Assembly: GCA_036378855.1 (NCBI GenBank)
Contig: DASUVR010000139.1
Span: 1-44,583 of the forward strand
Length of the DNA: 44,583 bases
Direction: 5' to 3'
Source: Gemmatimonadales bacterium
Lineage (GTDB): Bacteria; Gemmatimonadota; Gemmatimonadetes; Gemmatimonadales; GWC2-71-9
The notes beneath the pieces were generated by a model. The model was not told the origin of the DNA. It saw only the letters and a list, made by a program, of their open reading frames with translations, and did not search any database. Positions 18,341-27,100 of this stretch are shown here, piece by piece (position 1 is the stretch's first letter; every line of letters starts with the position of its first letter). A program made the translations under genes and the position numbers.

Positions 18341-20542
18341 CTATCTTGAAACCTCCACCTGGACCAGGGACGACAGAAATGCCCGCACCGCCGACACCCC
18401 TTCCAGCCGGAAACGAGCATGGGTTGCTCCCGGACCGACCTTGATCGTGATCGCGTCGGGAGGAAGCACGGTGAACAAGTCCTCGTCGGTTCGATCGTCA
18501 CCGATGGCGAGGATGACAACGGACGCGAGCCGCTCGGGGGAAAGTGGCGGAACGATCCTGCCCTTGTGGATGCCATAGGGGCGGATCTCGATCACCTTGT
18601 GCCCCGCCAGAATCTCCACCGGCTGATTGCTGAGCATCTGCGCCAGGTGCAATCGCAGCTCGTTGGCTCGCCGAGCGCCGGACTCCTGGTCTGCCATGCG
18701 GTAGTGCCAGGCTAGCGCCACCGATTTCTCCTCGGTGAGCGAGCCCGGCGTCCGGGCGGTGATCTCCCGGAGAATGGCCAGAGCCGGCTCTCGCCAGGCC
18801 GGCCCCAGTTCACCGGCGGGAGTCCACTCGCGTTGGCCCACCGCTCGAGACCAGAACCCGTGCTCTGCGTGCAACGCGATCGGCAGCAGGCCCAGCCACT
18901 GCTCCAGTGTCTCCCGCGCACGGCCGCTCACCACGTGCAATTCGGTATTGGGCCTGCTGGCGATCGCGGCCAACAGCTCCAGCAATGACCGATCGGGACG
19001 AGCCAGCTCCGGCGTGGCCGTGTAGGGCACCAGGGTCCCGTCATAATCCAGCAGTACCAGCAGGCCCTGCCCGTCCTGCATTCGCGCGGTCAGCTCCTGC
19101 CTGGCAGCCGCACCCGACGCCGGCGCCCGGCGCGCGACGGTGGCCTGACGGGTGATGGTGTCCAGCTGCTCGAGAAAGCTCGCCGCCCAGCGGTGCACGT
19201 CATACGCCTCGACCCGCTCGCGGAGCGGAGCGAGCCGTGCCCGGCGCTCTTCGGTGGCCATGGTCAGGGCGCGGTAGTAGCTCTCGGCGGTGGCCTCCAC
19301 ATCATACGGATTCACCTGGATGGCCTCAGGCAGCTCCCAGGAGGCGCCGGCAAACTCGCTCAGCACTAGGACCCCGTCGCCATCGATTCGTGAGGCTACG
19401 AACTCTTTCGCCACGAGGTTCATGCCGTCTCGCAGCGGCGTCACCAGCATCACGTCCGCCGCCCGGTAGAGCGCGACCAGCTCGGGCTCGGACAGTCCGC
19501 GATAGATGTAGTGAACCGGCACCCACCGGGGGGTACCAAAGGCGCCATTGATCCGGCCGACCAGGCCATCGACCAGAGCTCGAAACTCCTGGTAGGCTTC
19601 CACGTTGGTCCGGGAAGGGACCGCCACCTGCACCAGTCTCACCCGTTCCCGCAGATCGGGATGGGTATCCAGCATCCGCTCGTAGGCGAGCAGTCGGCGG
19701 GGGATGCCCTTGGTGTAGTCCAGCCGGTCCACTCCCACCAGCAACCTCAAGTTTCCGTCGTCTTTCAGGGTGAGGGCTTCCGCCTCAACCCCGGGAGCCT
19801 CGGCCATTTTCCTGAATGATTCCGCGTCGATGCCCATGGGAAACACGCCCAACCGAACATCCCGGTCGGCCAGCTGCACCCGATCGATGTCTACGGTGAG
19901 TCCCAGGATCTGGGTCAGGGAAGCGGCAAAGTGGCGCAGATACGCCGGTGTGTGAAAGCCAACCAGATCGGCGCCCAGCAGTCCCCGCAGAACCCGATCG
20001 CGCTCCGGCAGGGTCCGGAACAGCTCCTCACTGGGAAACGGGATATGAAGGAAGAACCCGATGCGGGCGTCAGGCAGCCGCCGCCGCAGCAGTTGAGGCA
20101 GCAGCAGCAGTTGATAATCGTGCACCCAGATCAGATCACCGGGCTGATAATGCCGGGCCACCGCGTCGGCGAACTGTTCGTTGACCTCGAGGTAGGCGTC
20201 CCAGTCACGGACCTGGAGGGGGATCTGATCGAGCAGATAGTGAAAGAGCGGCCAGAGGACGCCGTTGGAGTATCCCTCGTAGTACCGGGCCACCTGCGCT
20301 CCGGTGAGTGGAACCGCCACCAGCCGCATCTCCGATAGCTTGTGCTCCAGCTCCTTTTTCTGCTGCTCCGACAGATCCTCTTCCGTGCTGCCGGACCACC
20401 CGATCCAGACCCCGCCGGACTGCTCATGCGGCCGGAGCAATCCGGTAGCCAGACCTCCCGTACTCTTTTGGACCTCCACCCCTGATTCGGTGGGGCTGAC
20501 CGTCACCGGGAGCCGGTTGGCGACGATGATGACCCGGGGCAC
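18341..20542 (-). CDS. otsA: Bifunctional trehalose-6-phosphate synthase / trehalose-6-phosphate phosphatase (OtsA-OtsB fusion)
   Basis: 733-aa ORF. The GT20 N-terminal part has 'IIVANRLPV...GGLATGL'. The C-terminal HAD phosphatase has '[14 protein letters not shown]' (DxDGT). GTG start at 20542 shares 1 nt with the upstream TAG stop. Confidence 0.9.
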   Translation of the reverse strand: MPRVIIVANRLPVTVSPTESGVEVQKSTGGLATGLLRPHEQSGGVWIGWSGSTEEDLSEQQKKELEHKLSEMRLVAVPLTGAQVARYYEGYSNGVLWPLFHYLLDQIPLQVRDWDAYLEVNEQFADAVARHYQPGDLIWVHDYQLLLLPQLLRRRLPDARIGFFLHIPFPSEELFRTLPERDRVLRGLLGADLVGFHTPAYLRHFAASLTQILGLTVDIDRVQLADRDVRLGVFPMGIDAESFRKMAEAPGVEAEALTLKDDGNLRLLVGVDRLDYTKGIPRRLLAYERMLDTHPDLRERVRLVQVAVPSRTNVEAYQEFRALVDGLVGRINGAFGTPRWVPVHYIYRGLSEPELVALYRAADVMLVTPLRDGMNLVAKEFVASRIDGDGVLVLSEFAGASWELPEAIQVNPYDVEATAESYYRALTMATEERRARLAPLRERVEAYDVHRWAASFLEQLDTITRQATVARRAPASGAAARQELTARMQDGQGLLVLLDYDGTLVPYTATPELARPDRSLLELLAAIASRPNTELHVVSGRARETLEQWLGLLPIALHAEHGFWSRAVGQREWTPAGELGPAWREPALAILREITARTPGSLTEEKSVALAWHYRMADQESGARRANELRLHLAQMLSNQPVEILAGHKVIEIRPYGIHKGRIVPPLSPERLASVVILAIGDDRTDEDLFTVLPPDAITIKVGPGATHARFRLEGVSAVRAFLSSLVQVEVSR

Positions 20543-22524
20543 TACCGTGGCCAGACCTGATTACTGCGGTCGATGTCGGGGAATTCCTTTTCGGCATCGA
20601 TTTCGATGCTGCGGATGGCGGGCTCGCGGGGCACCCGAATGGTCTGCCGCCGCTCGCCCTTGAGCCAGACCTCGGCCGGCAGCGTGTCGTGCTCCACCTG
20701 CCCGCTGGTACGGGTAACCGTCAGATGGACCGGCATCGGGATTTTGCCCTGGTTGAGCACCACGATGTCGAGTGAGTTGCCGTTGGTGGTCACGGTATCT
20801 ATCCCCTGATCCAGTTTCCAGGTCTCGAAGAACCAGCTGCGCCAGAACCAGGACAAATCCCTGCCGGACACATTCTCGAACGTGTTGAACAGGTCGTACG
20901 GGGTTGGATGCTTATAGGCCCAGCGCCGGATGTATTCCTTGTACGCCTTGTTGAAGGTGTCTGTTCCCAGCACACCCCGAAGCGCCACCATGATGGTTGC
21001 CGGCTTGTAGTAGCTGGCCACGCCATAGGAGGCGTAGCTGGGATAGTGGTCGCCGTGGTGGATCAGCTCTACTTCGCTCTCCGTCTCCGCAAAGTCCAGA
21101 TAGTTCTTTCGATTTCTGGCCTCGTCGTCGAAGCCCTTGAAGAAATCAGCCATGGACTGCGACTGGTCGAACTGGGTGAGTCCTTCATCCATCCAGGCGT
21201 ACCGCTTCTCGTCAGAGCCGACCATCATGGGGAACCACATATGGCCGATCTCGTGGGTGGTCACCTCGTAGAGACCCAGTGTGTCCCACTGCCCTCCGAT
21301 ACAGGTCATCATCGGGTATTCCATTCCCCCGCAGGAGGTGGGACCGTCGACCGCCGTCATGTGAGGATAGGGATAGGGCGACAGAAAGCGGGAGAAGAAC
21401 TCGATCGAATGCCGGCTGTATCGGGCGCTCTCGTCCCAATGACTGATGCGCTGCTCGGGGCGATACAGGGAGTAGATCGCGGCGGTGTCCGGCCGGCCGT
21501 CTCCGGTGGCATCGCCTACCACCGCGTTGGTGGCGTCCCACAGATACTTGGGCGATGCGGCCCAGGAGACGTCACGCACCCGCTCGGCCCGATAGCGCCA
21601 GGTCAGCTTGCCGTTGACCCCGGCGGTGGTAGATGTCCCAGCCTTGCGGTCTCCTTCGGTGACGACGTGGATCACGCCGGTGGAATGGGCCGCAGAATCC
21701 AGCCGGGCCCGGGTCTGGGCTGAAAGCACCTCGGAGGCATTCTGCAAACGCCCGGTGGCATCAACCAACCAGCCGGCCGGCACCGTCACCGACACGTCGT
21801 AGTTCCCATACCCCATGTAGAACTCGGCGTTGCCGAGATACTGGTCGGTTTGCCAGCCGTTCACATCGTCGTACACCGCCATCTGCGGGTACCAGTAATT
21901 GATGTAGTACGTCTCCCCGTCCTGGCCACCACGCGGCGCGCCGTCCGGGGGGATGCGGAGCCGCCAGGCAAAGTCGAAAGTGGCCGACCCTCCTGGCGGG
22001 AGGGGCTGGGGCAGTCTGACCTGCATGATGGTGCCCTCGACCCGGTAGCCCGGAGAATCTCCCTCGTCTGGCTTCAGATCCTGGCCCTGGGCCGCGACCC
22101 GGTTGAGCTGGATGCCCTCCAGTGCCCAGGGAACGTCGGTGTTATGCCGCGAGCCCGGGGCAAAGATGTTGTGCAGCAGCTGAACGTAGACCTCCCGCAG
22201 CGTGTCGGGCGAATGGTTCTGGTAGACCACCGTTCCCTTGCCCGTCAGGCGCTTGGACACCGGATTCAGCTCCGCCTCGAGCCGGTAGTCCGCCCACTGC
22301 TGCCAGTACTTCGGGCCCGGCTCGCCGGTGTGGGTGCGGGTCCCCCGGGATACGGCACGCTCCCAGGAATCCGAGATCGGAACCGCCATGGCACCGCGCC
22401 GTTCCGTCGCGCCCGCTCCGGGTGACGGGGCGGTCTTTGGCTCGCTACGGCCGCTGGAACAGCCCGCCGTGATCGCGACCACGGTAGCCAGAACGAGTGA
22501 GCTCCGAGTTCCCAGTTGATACAT
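20542..22524 (-). CDS. M1-family zinc metallopeptidase (aminopeptidase N-like), probable lipoprotein
   Basis: Trimmed to ATG 22524 (MYQLGTRSSLVLATVVAITAGC...). Zincin motif 'HEIGHMWF...(18)...WMDEG'. Confidence 0.85.
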   Translation of the reverse strand: MYQLGTRSSLVLATVVAITAGCSSGRSEPKTAPSPGAGATERRGAMAVPISDSWERAVSRGTRTHTGEPGPKYWQQWADYRLEAELNPVSKRLTGKGTVVYQNHSPDTLREVYVQLLHNIFAPGSRHNTDVPWALEGIQLNRVAAQGQDLKPDEGDSPGYRVEGTIMQVRLPQPLPPGGSATFDFAWRLRIPPDGAPRGGQDGETYYINYWYPQMAVYDDVNGWQTDQYLGNAEFYMGYGNYDVSVTVPAGWLVDATGRLQNASEVLSAQTRARLDSAAHSTGVIHVVTEGDRKAGTSTTAGVNGKLTWRYRAERVRDVSWAASPKYLWDATNAVVGDATGDGRPDTAAIYSLYRPEQRISHWDESARYSRHSIEFFSRFLSPYPYPHMTAVDGPTSCGGMEYPMMTCIGGQWDTLGLYEVTTHEIGHMWFPMMVGSDEKRYAWMDEGLTQFDQSQSMADFFKGFDDEARNRKNYLDFAETESEVELIHHGDHYPSYASYGVASYYKPATIMVALRGVLGTDTFNKAYKEYIRRWAYKHPTPYDLFNTFENVSGRDLSWFWRSWFFETWKLDQGIDTVTTNGNSLDIVVLNQGKIPMPVHLTVTRTSGQVEHDTLPAEVWLKGERRQTIRVPREPAIRSIEIDAEKEFPDIDRSNQVWPR

Positions 22525-22822
22525 CAGTTCTCCAGGTGTGAAGAGCCGGCGTGAGCCGCTGCTCGGGCGCTGATGATGGTCCGGAGCGAGCGTTGGGTCA
22601 ATCCCGCTTCCCGCCCCACCCAAAAGATACGCTCACCCGCATCGGCCAATGAGGAGTTGCGTGGAGGTGAAGGCCCTACGCGGGGCCTCGAGACGTCGTT
22701 TCAGCTTCCGCTCCGATCTGCTGAGGCTCACCGGGTGAGCATTGTCACATCCCAAAATTGAACGGCAGGCAATGAGCGGCCACCAAACCTGTGCGCCATT
22801 CATCGTCAATCAGGAGGAAGTC

Positions 22823-23679
22823 GTGGCGGTCAAGAAGAAGAGCACACGGTGGCAGGGCAACAAGAAACCAGCCGGCAAGGCGGCAGGCGAGGCCACTGCC
22901 GAGTCCGATCGGAAGTTGCAACGTGATGCCGAATCCCGGCGGAAAGGGAAGTCGGGCGAGTCCAGGCAGTCCGGCGCGGTACAGACCGGCGCTCGGCGCT
23001 ACCCGGAGCCGCCGGAGCCGATGTCGCCATCGTCTACTTGAATGAGCATGAGGATGCCGAGGAGACTCTGCGTGCGGTGGAAGCGGAGGGCCGCCGGGCT
23101 GTCCTGATTCCGGGCGATGTGACCGATCCCGAGTTTTGCCGGAGCGCCGTAGAGGAGACCACCCGGCAGCTGGGCCGGCTGGATATCCTGGTAAACAACG
23201 CCGCGTTTCAGGAACACGCGGATTCGCTGGAAGACATCTCCGAGAAGCAACTGGACCGCACCTTCAAGACCAACATCTACGGCTATTTCCACATGGCGCG
23301 GGCCGCGCTCCCCCATCTGGACGAAGGCAGCGCCATCATCAACACCGGGTCCGTTACCGGGATAGAGGGGAGCCAGGATCTGCTCGATTACTCCGCCACC
23401 AAGGGCGCCATTCACGCCTTCACCAAATCTCTGGCCCAGAACCTGGTGGAGAAGGGTATCCGGGTGAACTGCGTAGCTCCGGGGCCGGTCTGGACGCCGT
23501 TGAATCCGGCCGATGTGGATGCGGACAAGGTGGCCGAGTTCGGCAGCAAGGTGCCGATGAAGCGGCCGGCCCAGCCGGAGGAGGTAGCTCCGGCCTACGT
23601 GTTCCTGGCGGCGCCGTCCTGCTCCAGCTACATCAGCGGTGAGGTGCTTCCGGTGCTTGGCGGCAATACCGCCGGTTAG
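22823..23679 (+). pseudogene. YghA/YdaD-type short-chain dehydrogenase, apparently disrupted (N-terminal leader in one frame, catalytic body in another, Rossmann Gly-motif segment missing)
   Basis: AGGAGG (22812-22817) followed by GTG 22823 opens a basic N-terminal tail ending '...GAVQTGARRYPEPPEP' (stop at 23041). The SDR body 'GADVAIVYLNEHEDAEET...NNAA...YSATKGA...PGPVWTP' reads in a different frame, and its first possible start is TTG 23038. No TGxxxGxG motif exists in any frame. Confidence 0.5.
23003..23020 (+). repeat. Tandem 9-nt direct repeat CCGGAGCCG x2 at the SDR frame-switch point
   Basis: Read directly: CCGGAGCCG at 23003-23011 and 23012-23020. Homology to the SDR family changes frame within this 18 nt. 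Confidence 0.8.
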
Positions 23680-23765
23680 CCGCGACGAAAACTCTCGCAC
23701 AGACATCACAGTATCCGGACGGAGCAATCGGCTCCGGAACTACTGATCTCTTTGCGGGAGTTCTT

Positions 23766-25343
23766 ATGTCGCACGGATGGCTTCGCCGATTACGCTCCGG
23801 CGGCGTCGGATTGGCCTTTGCCTTGGGTCTGCTGACGGCGGGCGTCTTCCACCTGCCGTATCAAACGGCCGCCCAACAGCAGGGCGCCGCATACACTGCC
23901 ACCTCTACCAATCGCGATGCTCCAGCTGGAGCGGCCACGCTCCAGAGTCTGAGTGAGTCGTTTGCGTCCGTGGCGGAGCACGTCAAACCCAGTGTGGTGT
24001 ACATCAAGTCAGGACGGAAGAACCAGACTGCGCGGAATGCTCCTCGCATGGAGATTCCCCCCGGCTTCGAGCGGTTTTTCCGCAACTTCCCTCCCATGCA
24101 GGAGCCTGAATTCCAGGAGAGCTCCGGCTCCGGCTTCATCGTCTCCAAGGACGGCTACATCCTGACCAACAATCACGTGGTGGATGAATCCAACCAGGTG
24201 ACGGTGCGCCTGCTCGACCGGCGGGAGTTCAAGGCCAAGGTGGTGGGCACCGATCCCAACACCGATCTGGCCGTACTCAAGATCGATGCCCCCAACCTCA
24301 CGCCGGCACCGCTCGGCAGCAGCAATGACGCACGCGTCGGCGAATGGGTTTTGGCGGTGGGTAACCCCTTGGGAGACAATCTCACTTTCACGGTGACCTC
24401 GGGGATCATCAGCGCCAAGGGGCGGACCCTGGCTCTGCCAGGCCAATCCGATCGCAGCATCCAGGACTTTATCCAGACCGATGCCGCGATCAACCCGGGC
24501 AATTCCGGTGGGCCGCTGGTCAGCGTGAAGGGAGAGGTGATCGGGGTGAATTCGGCCATCGCCAGCCAGACCGGGTTCTATTCCGGTTACGGCTTTGCCA
24601 TACCGATCGATCTGGCGCATAAGGTGATGGATCAGATCATCGCCGATGGCCGGGTGCATCGCGCCGCACTCGGGGTCAGCGTTCAGAATGCAACCGCCAA
24701 TGACGCCGAGTATGTGGGGCTGCCGGACATCCGCGGCGTGCTGGTGCAGGACTTCACCGAGGATTCACCGGCACGCAAGGCCGGCCTGCAGGAGGGCGAC
24801 ATCATCATCGCCTTGGACGGCAAGCCGGTGGAATACGTCGGCCAGTTGCAGCAGCAGGTCGGGTTCCGCAAGCCCGGTGAGAAGGTGAAGGTCGAAGTGG
24901 CGCGCAAGGGAGGCGTCCGGAAGACCTACGATGTTCCCCTGCAGGAAGTGAAGTCCACCCGCGAGCTGGCCGGTCGTTCCGACAACGGGAGTAACAACGG
25001 CGACACCGTCAATGACGAGGCCGCCACCTCCATCGATCTGCTGGGTGTCACCGTCCAGTCCCTCGACCGGGATGACGTGCAGCAGCTCGATTTGCCGGCG
25101 GACCAGCGTGGCGTGCTGGTGACCGGCGTTACCCCCGGCGGTCCCGCCTATGGCGAGGTGGCCAGCCCGGACAACGGAGGGCCGGACATCATTTTGGATC
25201 TCGAAGGGAAGCCGGTGAAGAATCCGGCGGACCTGCGGCAGGCGCTCAAGAATTACAAGGCCGGAGATATCGTGAGCCTCAGGATCTACAATACCCAGGC
25301 CAAGAACCGGCGAATCGAGCGGATCCGGCTGGGCAGCGACTAA
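23766..25343 (+). CDS. htrA: HtrA/DegP-family periplasmic serine endoprotease with two PDZ domains
   Basis: 525-aa ORF with signal peptide. Catalytic triad context 'TNNHVV', 'DLAVLKI', 'GNSGGPL'. Two PDZ-like segments follow. GGGAG lies 5 nt upstream of the ATG. Confidence 0.9.
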   Translation: MSHGWLRRLRSGGVGLAFALGLLTAGVFHLPYQTAAQQQGAAYTATSTNRDAPAGAATLQSLSESFASVAEHVKPSVVYIKSGRKNQTARNAPRMEIPPGFERFFRNFPPMQEPEFQESSGSGFIVSKDGYILTNNHVVDESNQVTVRLLDRREFKAKVVGTDPNTDLAVLKIDAPNLTPAPLGSSNDARVGEWVLAVGNPLGDNLTFTVTSGIISAKGRTLALPGQSDRSIQDFIQTDAAINPGNSGGPLVSVKGEVIGVNSAIASQTGFYSGYGFAIPIDLAHKVMDQIIADGRVHRAALGVSVQNATANDAEYVGLPDIRGVLVQDFTEDSPARKAGLQEGDIIIALDGKPVEYVGQLQQQVGFRKPGEKVKVEVARKGGVRKTYDVPLQEVKSTRELAGRSDNGSNNGDTVNDEAATSIDLLGVTVQSLDRDDVQQLDLPADQRGVLVTGVTPGGPAYGEVASPDNGGPDIILDLEGKPVKNPADLRQALKNYKAGDIVSLRIYNTQAKNRRIERIRLGSD

Positions 25344-25362
25344 GCCTTAACCCGTCCTAATC

Positions 25363-25395
25363 GAGCGTGCAGCCGCCAACGGTGGCTGCACGCTC
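25363..25395 (+). terminator. Hairpin terminator after htrA
   Basis: Perfect 12-bp stem GAGCGTGCAGCC (25363-25374) / GGCTGCACGCTC (25384-25395) with a 9-nt loop, followed by TTCGTATGTTCT. Confidence 0.55.
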
Positions 25396-25433
25396 TTCGT
25401 ATGTTCTGCCTTCGGCCGAGGCGGGGAAACCGA

Positions 25434-25466
25434 TTGCCAGATAGTGGCGTTCAATTAGTATTGAAC
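25434..25466 (+). promoter_or_regulatory. Putative sigma70-type promoter with overlapping palindromic MarR operator
   Basis: TTGCCA (25434-25439), a 16-nt spacer, then TAGTAT (25456-25461). A perfect inverted repeat GTTCAAT-TAGT-ATTGAAC (25449-25466) overlaps the -10, 37 nt upstream of the marR-like ATG. Confidence 0.45.
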
Positions 25467-25502
25467 GAACTAACCTTGGCGCCCGATGGGGCAAGGCACA
25501 TC

Positions 25503-25985
25503 ATGGATATACGTACGGCGCACTTCGTTGAGCGAATGGGATTGGCCCTCGAGGCCGATGGCCTCCCTCGGATCGCGGGCCGAATTTTTGGCCTCCTCCT
25601 GGTCAGCGAAAAACCCCGATCTCTGGATGAGCTGGCGGCCGAGCTGCGGGTGAGCAAGGCGAGTGTAAGCACCAACGCTCGCCTCCTGGAGCACCGTGGG
25701 GTACTGGAGCAGGTCAGCCGCCCGGCCGACCGCCGCGACTACTATCGGATTCCCCGGGATCTCTTCACCCATACCATGGCCCAGCGGCTGGCCCGCTGGC
25801 AGCGCTTTCAGGACGCCATCGGCGATGCCCGTGCCACCGTACCTATCAGAAGCCGTGAGGTACTGGATCGGCTGACCGAGTTCGAGCAGGCATACACCTA
25901 CATGTCTCAGGTGATCAAGGAAGCTCTGGCGGACTGGCAGTCTGGCCGCGGCTCACGGATCGATGGGGTAGGAGTGAGCGGGTGA
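25503..25985 (+). CDS. MarR/GbsR-type winged-helix transcriptional regulator
   Basis: Trimmed to ATG 25503 (MDIRTAHFVERMG...). 'GRIFGLLLVSEKPRSLDELAAELRVSKASVSTNARLLEHRGVLEQV' is a typical wHTH recognition region. Confidence 0.75.
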   Translation: MDIRTAHFVERMGLALEADGLPRIAGRIFGLLLVSEKPRSLDELAAELRVSKASVSTNARLLEHRGVLEQVSRPADRRDYYRIPRDLFTHTMAQRLARWQRFQDAIGDARATVPIRSREVLDRLTEFEQAYTYMSQVIKEALADWQSGRGSRIDGVGVSG

Positions 25986-27100
25986 TGACCATCCCTTTTT
26001 CCCCCCTGCGTCGGCTGACAGTGGGAGTGCTGTTGCTGGCAGCCTGTTCCGATCGTGATCCACCCCCGCCGCCTCCAGTGCCGGTTATCGTGGCCACTGC
26101 CGAACGTCGCTCGGTTCCTTTCGAGCTGGCAGCCACCGGGCAGGTCGAGCCGCTTCAGACCGTGGCGGTTCAATCCCAGGTCGAAGGCACGTTGCGGAGA
26201 ATCGCGTTTACCGAGGGCGCCGAGGTTCAGCGCGGGCAGGTGCTCTTCGAGCTGGACCCTCGGCCCTACCGGGCCGCACTGGATCAGGCGATTGCTGCGC
26301 TGGTCCGGGACAGCGCCCAGGCGGCAAACGCAGCCGAGGAAGCGGGCCGCTACCAGGCTTTAGCCGAAAAGCAGTACGTGACCACTCAGCAATACGAGCA
26401 GATCCGGACCACTGCGGCCAGCGCCCGGGCGAGCCTGGCCGGCAGCCGGGCCGCGGTGGAGGCGGCGCGGCTCAACCTGCAGTACGCCACAATCCGGGCG
26501 CCGATTACCGGCCGGACGGGCAGCCTGTTGCTGCGGGAGGGCAATCTGGTGCGGGCCAACGCGTCGCAGCCGTTGGTCACGATCAATCAGATCCGGCCCA
26601 TCCTGGTCCGCTTCTCGGTTCCCGCGCCGAACCTCCCTTTGCTGCAGGAGCATCGCGGGAAAGACGTGGTGATCCGGGCCGAGCCGGGCGGTGGTGGTGA
26701 GCCGAGCGAAGGCTCATTGACCTTCATCGACAATGCGGTAGACACTGCCACGGGCACTATTCTGCTCAAGGGCCGCTTCCCCAACGATGACGGAGCACTG
26801 TGGCCGGGAGCCTTCGTGAATGTCCGGTTGCAGTTGTACGTCGAGCCGAACGCTCTGGTGGTGCCGGCGTCGGCCGTGGTTGCCGGTCAGCAAGGCAGCT
26901 TTGTGTTCGTGATCCAGAAGGACAATTCTGCCGCCACCCGGGCGGTGACGGTCAGCCGGACAGCCGGCGACTACTCCATTGTAAATGGAGACGTGCAGCC
27001 GGGTGACCGGGTGGTCACCGACGGACAGCTCCGTCTTCGGCAGGGCTCCAAGGTTCAGATCAAGGCCGCGGCCGACACGTCGCGGTTGGGGGCACTATGA
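25982..27100 (+). CDS. RND efflux periplasmic adaptor (membrane fusion protein), lipoprotein
   Basis: Lipobox 'LLLAAC'. Hairpin/lipoyl/beta-barrel pattern 'RPYRAALDQA...NLQYATIRAPITGRTG...'. GTGA overlap with the marR stop (alternative start ATG 25985). Confidence 0.9.
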   Translation: MMTIPFSPLRRLTVGVLLLAACSDRDPPPPPPVPVIVATAERRSVPFELAATGQVEPLQTVAVQSQVEGTLRRIAFTEGAEVQRGQVLFELDPRPYRAALDQAIAALVRDSAQAANAAEEAGRYQALAEKQYVTTQQYEQIRTTAASARASLAGSRAAVEAARLNLQYATIRAPITGRTGSLLLREGNLVRANASQPLVTINQIRPILVRFSVPAPNLPLLQEHRGKDVVIRAEPGGGGEPSEGSLTFIDNAVDTATGTILLKGRFPNDDGALWPGAFVNVRLQLYVEPNALVVPASAVVAGQQGSFVFVIQKDNSAATRAVTVSRTAGDYSIVNGDVQPGDRVVTDGQLRLRQGSKVQIKAAADTSRLGAL

